A stretch of 64,000 bases of DNA, from the NCBI GenBank assembly GCA_038496445.1, contig JALMLS010000323.1, forward strand, positions 1 to 64,000. Reading direction: 5' to 3'. Shown here piece after piece: positions 52,571 to 64,000 of the stretch. This DNA comes from Trichosphaerium sp. ATCC 40318. Taxonomy: Eukaryota; Protista; Tubulinea. The stretch's first letter is position 1; every line of letters starts with the position of its first letter. The notes under the pieces are model-generated. The model was not told the DNA's origin. It saw only the letters and a list, made by a program, of their open reading frames with translations, and ran no database searches. The position numbers were made by a program, and so were the translations under genes.

Positions 52571-53261
52571 AGTCGAAGAATGCCTTGCCGCCCCAGATTG
52601 TGACAAAAAAAATATCGATTTCGAAACGGAAATAAAAACAAGTGACATACATTGTTTGTTCGCAAAAGTTGCGCTGAGGAACCGGTAAGTGCGTACTGTA
52701 TATACTTTACAAGCAGTTGGTAAACCCAGTGCAACTCCAAAACCAAAGGAAAGACCTTCTAAAACAAGAAAATAAAGAGAGTTACATGTTGCATCCTGCG
52801 TTGATACAGCAAAGCAACAATATTTAGTACTTACTTTTGATGCGAAACTCGGTGCAGTTGTTGCTGTAGCTCAAGCATCTTCTGTAGAGTTTATCACTAC
52901 GAATACAACATTACCATTCATTACAAGTGATTGGTGATAACTTTATTTTAGTGAACAATATTTACATCTGTATTATCACCAATGTCTATCAATCTATCTT
53001 ACAAGCCAGAAAAACGCTGGGGAACAGGTTTCCCCTCATCAAATGTGGTACTATTCATATCATCAACTGTAACAGGTTTAATATTACTCAGGTTGAACTT
53101 CTCATCAAACCACGCTCCAAGTCTTTCAAGTCTGTTTTCTGTGCGTAGCCCATAGGTTCTTTGAAATAAGATAGAACATTTTCCCAATTCATACCTATCA
53201 TCTTTTGGGCTACAGTTGGAACATGAGCATTCTCATTAGACTTTAGCTTAGCTGTGCTCAT
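52571..53261 (-). CDS. Small hypothetical membrane protein (3' structure uncertain)
   Basis: Spliceable MSTAKLKSNEN...ENRLERLGAWFDEKF...KGLSFGFGVALGLPTA; last exons not resolved. Confidence 0.35.
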
Positions 53262-53456
53262 CTTTATTGACTTTTTTGAAAAATCACAAAAACCCCTCTC
53301 ACACTCAAAATTCTACCGGCAAATAGGAAGTGCAATTCTTATTTTCTCACAGTAGAACGATAGCGTGCTCATGAGTGGACCTCACCAAAATAAACAATAA
53401 ATGAGTCAGTGACACTTAACTGACATATAAGAATTTTTTTTGTTGAATCTTTTTTA

Positions 53457-55740
53457 TTAAGGATCTAACTCGTAGAGTTCACCAACATGCTTATCACCTG
53501 AAATAGGACCAACACCAAGGTGGCTTGATGGTGAGAATTTCCCTCCAGTAAGATCCAGGCGAGTCCTTGTTGCTTCTCTCTTCTCCATGGCACGTCTATA
53601 CTCTTCGTTGAGTTCATCTGGAACAAAATGTTGATCTGCATCAACAGAAATAGAATGACTCTTATCAAAAGCTCTCATAGCCTCAGGGTCTTTTTCAAGA
53701 CCTTCTAAAATATTATCTGCTTCTCTTAAAACGCGACTCCAACTTTGATCACGTTTTATAAGTAGTTCATCCATACTACAAGTCAGGTAATTCTAAACAA
53801 AAAAAATAAGATTTTTTTCCCTGCAGGATTTGAATTGACTTGTTTTTGAATGGTTTTTGAGTGGTTTACACGACTTCTTTTTTAACGAATTGTACCTTGA
53901 CGTCTTCTTGTCTAATTTCATCCCATATTGTCCTCTCATAAAAATGCTTTGAAAAAGCACGTGGTGCAATAACATTACGATAAAATACTTCATATTTATG
54001 TATCCAAAACTTTGGACTGAAAATATTTATACGTAGATGTGTTGGGTTATAAAACCTTCTTGGTGCAATTCCTACACTTTATGTAAATGCAAAGAAAAAA
54101 AAGTGACAATGACAAACGCAGCAACGCTGTGCTGATAAAAATCAATAGAGACAAAAAAACGCACCCATCATCATGTAGTAAGGGAAAAAAGTCAAAAAGT
54201 TATTTTTTCTCCATAAGTTCCACCTTAAACGCTTGAACCATCTTCTCCAAGCTTTTCTACGTTTTCTTCTGGGTCTTTTCCTTCCCTTGTAATGTCTCAT
54301 ACCTCTGTACATATATCTAGCTCTTGTTGTAGTCCAAAACTTAGCAACAGAGAACTTATTGAAAGGATTCGCAATCCCTAGTTAAAAGTCAGAAATAAAG
54401 CTCAAAATAATTTTATCCAAATCAGAAAGAAACCGATTGATTGATCGTACATGAATATGCCGTGTCAAACGCAGCACCAACATTATGAACTGGTGTATAT
54501 TGGTGTCTAGGATTATCTTCAGGACGTAGTGCATATGGTATATCCTTATAAGGGATCGTATGTTGATTATAAGGAGAATTTTGATCTAGCCAAAATTAGT
54601 ATTTTTTTTTTCCTTAACACATTTGTGTAATCACCTGGGTTAAGTCTACGTGGTTGTGGGTCTACGTATTCTCTGTAAAATGGTGATAACTCCTGAAACC
54701 TCCTAATGAATTCATCACACAAATGGACCAAAAGCATGAAAGATGAGACGAGCTTCACTATCAAAAAAAATTGCTTGTAGTAAAAAGCGCACATCATTTT
54801 CCACATTGGCAAAACGTTAGAGTGGTTAACAGGATCATCTTTTGGGTCAATAAAATACTGATCTTGGATAGCAGTTGTAATGAAGCGTAAACGCCAAAAC
54901 TCTTTGTCAATTGTATCTCCTGGAGTTGTAAAGCAACGTAAGTGTCATTCCATTTTATTTTTTTTGTAAGGAAACTGTATTCAGTATAAATACCGTACCT
55001 AGATATTGACCATAGCGTTTCTCCCATTCGAATGGATTAGAGCACTCTTCTCCCAAGTGATACCTAACAAACAAGTTATACGCGATTTCTCATTTTTCTT
55101 CCAGCTAAATAGTGTCTTTATGGCGTTTCTGTACGTACCCTAATGCTACCCAAGCTTTGTAGCGCCTTTGCTTTATTTCATTCCTTTTTCGCTCATGGTC
55201 CACTGCTTCGAACCTATCTTGTTAAAACTGCCAACAGTTATAGTAACGTACCCTGGAAGTAAGTTGGTCCATGAATCCGCTACATCTGCAATAAATTTGG
55301 ACAACCCAGTACTGGCACCCTTTATATCTTTGTCTTCTTTGTAGGTAGTCGTGTCTTTTATCAAATCGATGGTTTTTTGTATTGTTTCATTTGTAAAGTC
55401 TTTAACAGGGAAACGGTCCGCGAAAGGTACTTTGTCCCAATAGATGAACTTATTTTTTTTGTCTGAATCAATATATGCTTGTTCTGACTCCTACATGCTC
55501 TATTAGTGACGAATTCAATCTCACAACTGCAGTAAGCGCGTTTTTTCTTTCTTACTTTTAAAACCAACTCTTCTGGTTCCTACAATTCGGTAAACGACAT
55601 TTCCACATATTAATTATCACTATTTGTACCTTTACAGCGGTTTGTACTTTTGAGTAGCCTCTTGCACGTATTACGCGCTTGTCATGCGAATCACGTTCGC
55701 GGAATCGCGTGGCAGCGCGTGTGTGCGCGCGGCATAGCAT
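53457..55740 (-). CDS. Hypothetical protein with Arg-rich presequence-like N-terminus (possibly mitochondrial)
   Basis: MLCRAHTRAATRFR... joined through GT-AG introns to KFIYWDKVPFADRFP; last exon is ORF 53457-53774. Confidence 0.55.
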
Positions 55741-55854
55741 TTAGATGCCAACACGGTACACTTCCAAGTGAAAAATTATTTGTATTTTTTGGGTTTTTTT
55801 TTATTGAAATTTTGGTCAAGGTTAAATTTCTTACAACACATTAATAATGCGCCT

Positions 55855-58837
55855 ATGACATCCAAACAACCCATTCCTCCCGAGGGTACGATCGACTTGT
55901 TAGTTTGTACGCATTTTTTAAAACAGGTCTGTTTTTAGAGACGCCGTTCGTAGTTGGCTCATGGCACAAGTTTTTTGCTTCGGCAGGCTTTACAGACAAG
56001 CAGGGATCGCATTACACCGAATTGTTTAAAGAACACGCGATCGAACTTGATATGGTTAAAGAACTTACACACGATGTTTTGACGCAAATGGGGGCTTGGA
56101 AGGCCGGTCACAGAATAAAGATTTTACGTATGCAGCGTAGAGTGGTTGACAGGCTCTTGGAAGGTAAATTACGCGACCACGCTTGCTAATTAGTTTAATA
56201 CTGTCTTTAGGTGACACTGAAATGTCTCCCGTTTATTTGCTACCGAACTCGCACCGTGCATCTCCGCTTAGGGGCACTCCACCTGGTGTTAATAAAAAGG
56301 CGCGTTCCTCCATGACAATAAAACCGTACCGGCAAGACTTGGGTGCCACTTCGATACCAGCTCGGCAACGCGGAGTAAAAAAAGTGGACGCCCTTGGTGA
56401 CGTCTCTGGTGGGAAAATAGGAAAGAGTAATAGCGCACCAGCTGCTAAAACCTCTCCTCCAAATTCAATTAGTAAAATGTCAAAAGGTATTACTACGCCT
56501 ACCCTAGATGGTACGTTATTATCTATTTTAGCGCTTGTTTTATTTTTTTTTTTTTTTGGTTTTTTTTATTTTACGCTGACAGTTTCGACAAAAGTGGATT
56601 ATTCACAAGATGAATCGTATCAAGAGAGCTTTGAAGAATCTTTTGAGTGTATTAGATACTACGTTAATGATGAGGTAAGAGAGAAGTACAAGGAGTAACT
56701 TTTTTTTTTGTTTTTTTTTGTTTCAAGTTGGGTTTTTTGTTTTTTCCATAAATTTAATTTTTGTACTGCTGCTTTTTTCTGATTATTTTGTACGCATAGA
56801 TTGGTAAGCATAAACTATACTCTAATAATTTATCATTGGTAAATATCGAACAAATGATCCGTCTTAAACACAAGCTCACTGTACGTGTTGAAACATGTCT
56901 TCAGACGTTCAAAATTTTAATGTTTTTGTGCTTGTAGGAGCCTTTTGCAACTTTTATCGCTGTGAAAGAAGAAAAGGATATTAATCTACACGTTGTGCGC
57001 CAGGTTATGTTGGAACCTGATATGACGTATTATATAATTGAAAATACAAGGTATGCTTGCGCGACATGTTGTCGTTTAAACCTCGCAGTATTTTTTTATT
57101 TTATTCTAAAAATACTCCTATTAGATACTCCACGCTAAAGCCAAGGATCGAAAGACGATTGAAGCGTGAAGATAAAATCACACACGAGTTAACAGAGACG
57201 GGTAAACCCCTTCCCCCGAAATTTCACGTGCTAAAGAGTCACAATAGGGCGAAAAGTATTAACATCCGTAAATAATCCACTAAAAGTTGATTTTGTACCT
57301 GATGGCACAATTATTCTAAATAGTGTACGTTCTGAGCGCTTTTTTGAGTTAATATTGGTGCTTACACTTTGTTACAGGATGGTAAGCTCGGTTTATGTAT
57401 GGCACCTGGACGTAAAAAAAAGAAAAATGCCCATGACTGGGATCGAGATTTGGCAATGGATCTTGATCGTATTCGTAATGATTATGGATGTGATGTACTT
57501 GTATCTTTGATTAGACACAAAGAACTCGAAGATCTACGTATTCTAACATTGGCAAAGGATGTGGAGGTAAACTGAAATATTTTTTGGTGTCTGTTTTTAA
57601 TGGAAGCTCAGGCTCTTGGAATGGAATACATTCATTTTCCAATTAAGGATAAGTGGATTCCACATTCTATGGATGAGCTGATTCGTCATGTTGATCTTAT
57701 TATAAAACGTCTTACAGAAGGTCAAACGGTGGTGTGTCACTGTAACGGCGGAAAAGGCCGTTCCGGAACTCGTAAGCGAAGCTAAGTTTACTTGCTCAAA
57801 TTAACATTTTTCAAGTTGTTGTGGCAACGCTTGTTGGTTTAGGTCATCGTGTACAAGATGCTATCACTATTGTACGAAATGCACGCTCCGGAACAATTAG
57901 AAATCCTCTACAGGTACTCTATTTTAGTTGATTTGTGGGTTCTAATAGATTACAAAGCAAATATACGTCAAGCGATTCAAAACTGCTTGGATAAAGTATA
58001 TTAATAAGAACAAGGAATACGAAAACTTGTTACTCCACGCAAAATGGAGAACTGATCAGTACGGTTTATACGATTTTCGTAAGAGTACTAAATAAATACA
58101 CTAGGGATTCCAGAGATGAGAGTTCAAGTGACAGTGCAGATCAGCTTGCCGCTAACAAAGGTAAAAAACAATTTCGACATTTCTTTTTGTTTCGAAGTAC
58201 TAACCGTTTTATCATTAAGGCAAAGTAGCACAGCATTATAATAAGCATAAAGAAGAAAAGAAAATGAAACAGAAGGATAAACTACAAAAAGAAAAGCATA
58301 AACAAGAAAAGATGATTATGAAGATGGAGACAAAGCTTGTTGCTCAAAAAACCAAAATTCAGAAAAAAGAACTTAAGAAAGAGTATAAGGATATTAAGAA
58401 GAGTGGAAAGAAAAAGAAGAATGGAGAGATTGCACTTAATCAATCCGACTCTGGAAATGGTAGCAAAGGTAGTAAGGATAAAATACGCGCAGCTGACGCC
58501 TCAGAAGCAGAGAGTTTTGGAGAAGAGACAGCTAATACTGCAAAGAACATTGATGATCTTAAAAAGAGTGATAAGAAGACTAAGAGAGGTAATGAGTCTC
58601 AAGATTTACTTAAATCTGATAAACTACGAGTAAAAAAGAAAGGTATGCAGCCAACAACCGTGTTTTTTTTTGATTTTTCTTTGTTGATTTGCTTTGACTT
58701 TTTTTGCTTTGTTAATGTTGTTTCTCTTAGAGAATGGTGAAAAGCAACGTAAGCGTAAATCATCTAAAAAGCAACCAGTGACTAATATTGAACCACCAAG
58801 TACTGGAGGTGAAGTATCAATTGCTGATTCTGAGTGA
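55855..58837 (+). CDS. SAM domain + CDKN3-like dual-specificity/tyrosine phosphatase with Lys-rich tail
   Basis: YTELFKEHAIELDMVKELTHDVLTQMG..KAGHRIKIL (SAM); LGLCMAPG, WDRDLAMDL, HFPIKD; catalytic HCNGGKGRSG (CX5R). Confidence 0.88.
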
Positions 58838-59035
58838 TTCTTTTTTTTTTTGCTTTTTTTGGAAGGTAATCATGTAAATAAATTTGAGTATTGAACACAG
58901 CTGGTTGTAAAATGTTTTTTGTGGCTTTGCTTGAGGCTGACTTATTTCAGAACTGGTTAAGGCTACAGTTCAGTTTTGTCTTGCGTGAAGTGCGGTGGCA
59001 GTGTTTATTACGCTTGCGTGGTTCATACGCTGTAA

Positions 59036-62000
59036 ATGCACCAAAAATGTTTTGTTGGCGCTCAGAAACCGTTAAACTATATAACGTTGAGTATAGAGGG
59101 TACGACGCGTACTCGATCAGTAGTTTGTATACATTGTGGTGTCAAAATAATTTCACGCAGGAAAGTATGCCAGAAGGCACAAAGTGAGCGCAAAGATGCG
59201 TATGCAAAACAAACGTCAAAGAGCTTACCTAGAAGACTACCTTGGTCCCCAATTAAACGTAGAAAACCCTCAAGACTGGTATAACGTTACTCCAACACAA
59301 GTAATAGACGCTGGAGGGCAAAGTTTCCTTAACATGTACAATAATTCCTAAAAATGCCCTCTTACGCGTTTATAAGTTATGGTGGATCTATTGCGAAGGC
59401 TATGAAACAAATATACCCTGAATACGAGTGGGGAACTCATTTATTTAAACGGTACGCACTGCACTACAAAAATAGTTTGTTAAGCGTTTTTACATCAGAG
59501 CGGACGCAAAAGCATCAATGTCAACTCCAAAAAATGCCAAAAAGGAGTATTCCAGATTACGTGACAAGGAACTCTTGGATGATATTGCAGACCAACTTGG
59601 TATTCAAGAACCAAGCGATTGGTATAATACAACAAAGGAGGACGTACAGCAACATGGGGGAAACTACGTTCTGTTAAAGTACGTACACGTGCAACAGGCC
59701 ACTAGAAATTTGTGATTGTATTTGTTGTTGTACTTGGTTAGTGATGACCGTGGTAACTTTACACCACACGTGTCACCTAACGTGATATGTGGTTGGTAAT
59801 AATTATTAACTTAAGATGATAGGTATGGTTCCCTTGAAAAACTATTAAAAGCGGTATATACAGACGTAAAGTGGATCAAGTATAAATTCACGTACGTTGG
59901 ATTTTTTTTTGAATCGTAATTTATTCTTAATGATAAAGTAAGAAAAAAGCCACAACAGACGACACCACGTATGATATTATACAAGAGAAAACATGGCTGT
60001 TTACATTGAATATAGGGAAGTTGCAATGGATCCTTGGTTAGCCAAACAAAGGCGTATCTTTGATGAGGTTGGTGAACAACTGAAAGTAGAGAGTTTCAAT
60101 GATTGGTACAGTGTTACAAAAGAAGATATACAAGCACATGGTGGTGGACAAGTTTTGAATAGGTATCAACGATCAGTACGTATATGATACTAATAAGTGT
60201 AGCTACAAAGGTTCTGTTATCAATGCGTTAAAGGCAATTTACACAGAGCATACTTGGAGAAAGTACAAGCAAGCGAAGTACGGCAGGTTTTGAAAATAAA
60301 AAACTTGAACTCACTTTTCACTTAGATCACGTGATGAAAAGAAAGAGGACAATAATAATGAAATATTCATTAAGCGCGATAGGGAGTTGCTTGAATCGGT
60401 AGGGAATAAACTTGGTATTGTTGATATCGAAGAGTGGCATGATTACTCCAATGAAGATTTGGAAGAAAATGGTGGTAAATCTCTACTTCTAAAGTAACCG
60501 TGAACAAGAGAACCAAAATGACATGAATATACTTACAAATATCAATTAGACATGGTGGCACTGTATTCAAAGTACTTAAAGCACTGCACCCTGAGCATTC
60601 ATGGCGAAAATACAGGTTTAAAAAAAGGTAACAAAAAAAACTAAGAAAGCAGGAGCAGATTTCCACTAATCATTCTAACTTACAGCGAAAAACCTAAAGG
60701 CCAGTTACAACTTAATACAGTGATACGACGTAGAAGGTTCTTAAATGACCATATAGCCCCTGAGCTTGGTATTTGTGTCATGGATGATTGGCATTCTGTT
60801 TCAACTCAGATGATTGCTAAAATTGGTGGTGCAGATGTACTCGCTGGGTATGTGACATTTGAACTTGCAATTTGGAACTATCGATATATATTTACTCGAT
60901 TGTAAGGTATAATGGGTCTCTATTCAAGGCTCTCAAGGAGCTATTGCCTGAAGAAAAATGGAGAAAATACAGATTCAAAAAGTATAATCTTACTTATCGC
61001 TTTCTACATGTGTTAATATCCATGAAGGTTTGAAGAGGATTCAGACATCTCTACTCAAAAGGATTTAATGGCATCCAGGGATAGAGCTCACTTTGATGTC
61101 ATCGGAGACTTTCTAGATTGCAAGTATGTCACCATCAGCTTTTTTAGTTTATCGTATCTGGAAAGTGCAGTTTTATATTTATAATGTCACTAGGACATTA
61201 GACGATTGGTATAGAATTAGTAGAGAAGATATAAAGAAACACAATGGCATGTTTGTTGTGTGGAGGTAATCTTTTTCTTCAAATCATTAGTACCAGAAAA
61301 CGTATCACTCTTTTTGCGCAGGGATAACCAGCAACTTTTTTTGTTTTCGTACTTTTTTGTTTGCTGTTCATAGTGATTAATGGCTTTAGGTATGGTGATT
61401 CATTACATAAAACATTTAAGAATATATATCCTGAGTTCAGCTGGCGAAAATACTTGTTTGTAGCGTAAGTACAGAAGATATTTTATGATGAAGAATTGGT
61501 TTTTTTTTTGACTTCAAAAATAATAGTGAGAAAAAAGACGACAAGGATAAATGGAGTGATGCTCAATTTATGAGAAAGTGCTTTGAGTCTATTAAAGAGG
61601 AAATTGGTGTTGAAGAACTAGATGATTGGTATGACCTCACAGCACAAGATGTAACTGAAGTTGCAGGGACAATTGTTCTTAAGAGGTAATAGTTTGTCTT
61701 TTTTCCTACTTTTGTCACATCCTGGAACTCAACGCTTACAAGTCCGTTGTGACTCTACAGCTAATTTAAAGTTGATCACGTCAACCCTTATGTTAATGAA
61801 CTTAATGTTTTGAAAATTAATTGCAAATCAAGGTATAAAACTTTAGCAAAAGCTCTTCAGGTTGCTTACCCTGAATACCCATGGAGGTCTTGGCGATTCA
61901 AGTGCGATGGTTTAGTAAGTTACGTTTTTCTTACATACTATTGCAGGAGAGCGCCTAAAGGGTTCTGGGAAAAGGAGAGTAATCAACGCGAGTTTTTTGA

Positions 62001-62717
62001 TGAAATAGGAGCACAGTTGAATGTTGAGAAGCCTGACGATTGGTATAAAGTATCAAGTGAAGATGTTGTTAGAAAAGGAGGTGCTGGTCTATTATCAAGG
62101 TATAATGGATCGTTATACAAGGCCTTGAAGGATGTATACAAGGAACATCCTTGGAGAAAGTTTCTCTTTTTGTACGTTCCTGTCAAGTTCAGTTTCAAGA
62201 AAAAAATAGAATTCTTGATTAATGTTTGATTTTTTGCAGGCGTAAGAAACAAAAGCTTGATGAAGATCTTGCATGTACGCTCTCCACTCATTTTTGAAGA
62301 AAAAGTTTTGAACATGAGCTCATTCATCTAAATTATGTTTTTTTTAGCTCGTATATCTGGTAGTAGCCGAAGAGGTCCACGTGGACGTGTTACAGAAAAT
62401 GAAAGATTTTACGAAATTATTGGTATTTCATCAAGTGCTTCTGTTGCTCAAATTAGATCTGCATACAAGAAGTTAGCTAAGGAATGGCATCCAGGTATGT
62501 ATTAAACTATTGTGTTTGAAGAAACAAAAAGATTCAATGTCTGACTTTGAGATGGCTTTTAAGTCATGCCATTTTCATTGTTATTTACTTGTTATGTTTA
62601 GACAACTTTTCTGGTAATGCAACTGCAATAGAAGACGCAGAAAAACGTTTCAAAGAAATATCAGAAGCGTATTCAATACTAATTGCTATGCGTGACAAAA
62701 AAGCTAAGAAAGAGTGA
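59036..62717 (+). CDS. Protein with 8 Trp-rich ~70-aa tandem repeats and a C-terminal J (DnaJ) domain
   Basis: Same repeat as 43947-46700 (best unit: APKGFWEKESNQREFFDEIGAQLNVEKPDDWYKVSSEDVVRKGGAGLLSRYNGSLYKALKDVYKEHPWRKFLF). Then FYEIIGISSSAS..QIRSAYKKLAKEWHP|D...AEKRFKEISEAYSIL. Confidence 0.85.
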
Positions 62718-63170
62718 ACAACAGACAACGATTGCAAGTTACTTGATTAATCCAAAACAATTTTGTACAAATTCTTGGTTAAACAAAACGCACAAAGAAA
62801 AAACACTTGTAAATACCAGTACGATGCTTCATCATAGTCTGACAAAAGTCAACCCACGCTTTGAAGTTAATATATAACACAATGGCAACTGCGTCACACC
62901 AAAATGTGCACGTGAAAAAAATTAAAAAGATAATGAATTACACAATGTGTTACATATAAAAACTGGGTATGTTGTTTTCGAACATATTTTACTGTACAAG
63001 TTCGATTACTTGGGGTTTCTTTGATTATTGGTTTTTTTTTTCTCCCGGTTGGGTCAAAAATTCGAATGGCGTAAGAGATGTAAATTCCATAGTTGACGCG
63101 TCGATTGTTGTTTGTGTACAAGGCGGGTATTGAAGGGTTTTTTTTTTTGGCGAGTTTGTGTCGTAGAACG

Positions 63171-64000
63171 TTATACAAGTAGTACGCCGTTAATACATCC
63201 ATCGTTTTCTGGGTTGTTTGTTACTTGAGCGTATTTACCCCAAATTACTTTTCCTGTTGGTGTTACAAGTCCCAATTCTGATACATTCACCTATTATTAT
63301 ATTTTTAGTACTGTGTACATTGTAGTAAATGCAAGGGGAGATATATGGATTAAATAAAGTGACATGGTTGTTTTTTATTTGAAGAAAGAATTTTTTGGAT
63401 TTTGAGGATAGGTTTTTTTGGATTTTTTTTAAAGCGTACCTCAATGATTGTACCCTTTGTAATAACACCAAGGGATGTGTACATTGGTGACTGAGGGTTC
63501 TTTTTAACACCCAAAATATCCAAATGGAATGTTGCTTTAAGCTCAGGGTGGGAAATATGAGCTTTTTTAAATCTTAAACCAGTAGGTCTAATAAATCTCT
63601 CGTATTTTGGTAACTTCCTTGTAAATCCATCTGGTACGTATGTAACTTTTGTAATCATACGTTTCCATGCCTTCTCTAATAAAATTATTAATATTTTAAC
63701 GACATGTCTTCGCTAGGTGTCAAACACCAAACTGTTTTTTTGAGGGTTTTTTTTTGACACAGGTGCCAAAGCGGTTTACTTACTTTTACGTTTTCCGGTT
63801 TTAATTACTGAGAACATTTCATTTTCGCTGATTGGTCTTACTTTAGGTAAAGGTACCTCCCATTTACCAGCTTTCTCACGTCGTTTTTGTTTGATCATTT
63901 TACTCAAAACCTAACAGAAGGAAAAAACGTCAAAAAAAAGTTTGATTGCAGAAAAAAAAATAATAAAGCTTTAGTTGGCTTGTGAAGCTTTTGTTTGCCA
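63171..64000 (-). CDS. NSA2: Ribosome biogenesis protein NSA2 (5' part outside the window)
   Basis: [40 protein letters not shown]...[42 protein letters not shown]. Confidence 0.97.

Noticed and set aside
63690-63765. gtgtcaaa/tttgacac inverted repeat in an NSA2 intron
   Set aside because: The short stem around A/T runs could arise by chance; insufficient support for a feature.

Overview
AT-rich, gene-dense eukaryotic (protist-like) nuclear DNA in the standard genetic code. Introns are very frequent, short (about 40-200 nt) GT-AG type with CTAAC-type branch points, so the ORF track fragments most genes. I reconstructed about 28 spliced genes by eye; exon boundaries are manual. Conserved genes: V-ATPase c'', importin-11, ChaC, C9orf72-like, NSA2, two mitochondrial carriers, an MFSD8-like transporter. 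Main candidate novelty: two genes built from the same uncharacterised ~70-aa Trp-rich tandem repeat, usually encoded as exon pairs with conserved intron positions. One ends in a RAP/Vsr-like nuclease-fold domain (43.9-46.7 kb) and the other in a J-domain (59.0-62.7 kb), suggesting a modular repeat-plus-effector family. Other oddities: a pseudo-Rho GTPase/EVH1-like/F-box protein with an acidic-Trp tail; a frameshifted eIF5-NTD paralog lacking the arginine finger; a propeller + Cbl-TKB-like SH2 protein; an atypical P450; a mucin array with co-duplicated introns; a rod-like intronic structure; and bacterial- or virus-like GIY-YIG and F-box-MORN genes. No rRNA, tRNA, CRISPR array or clear transposon was seen.
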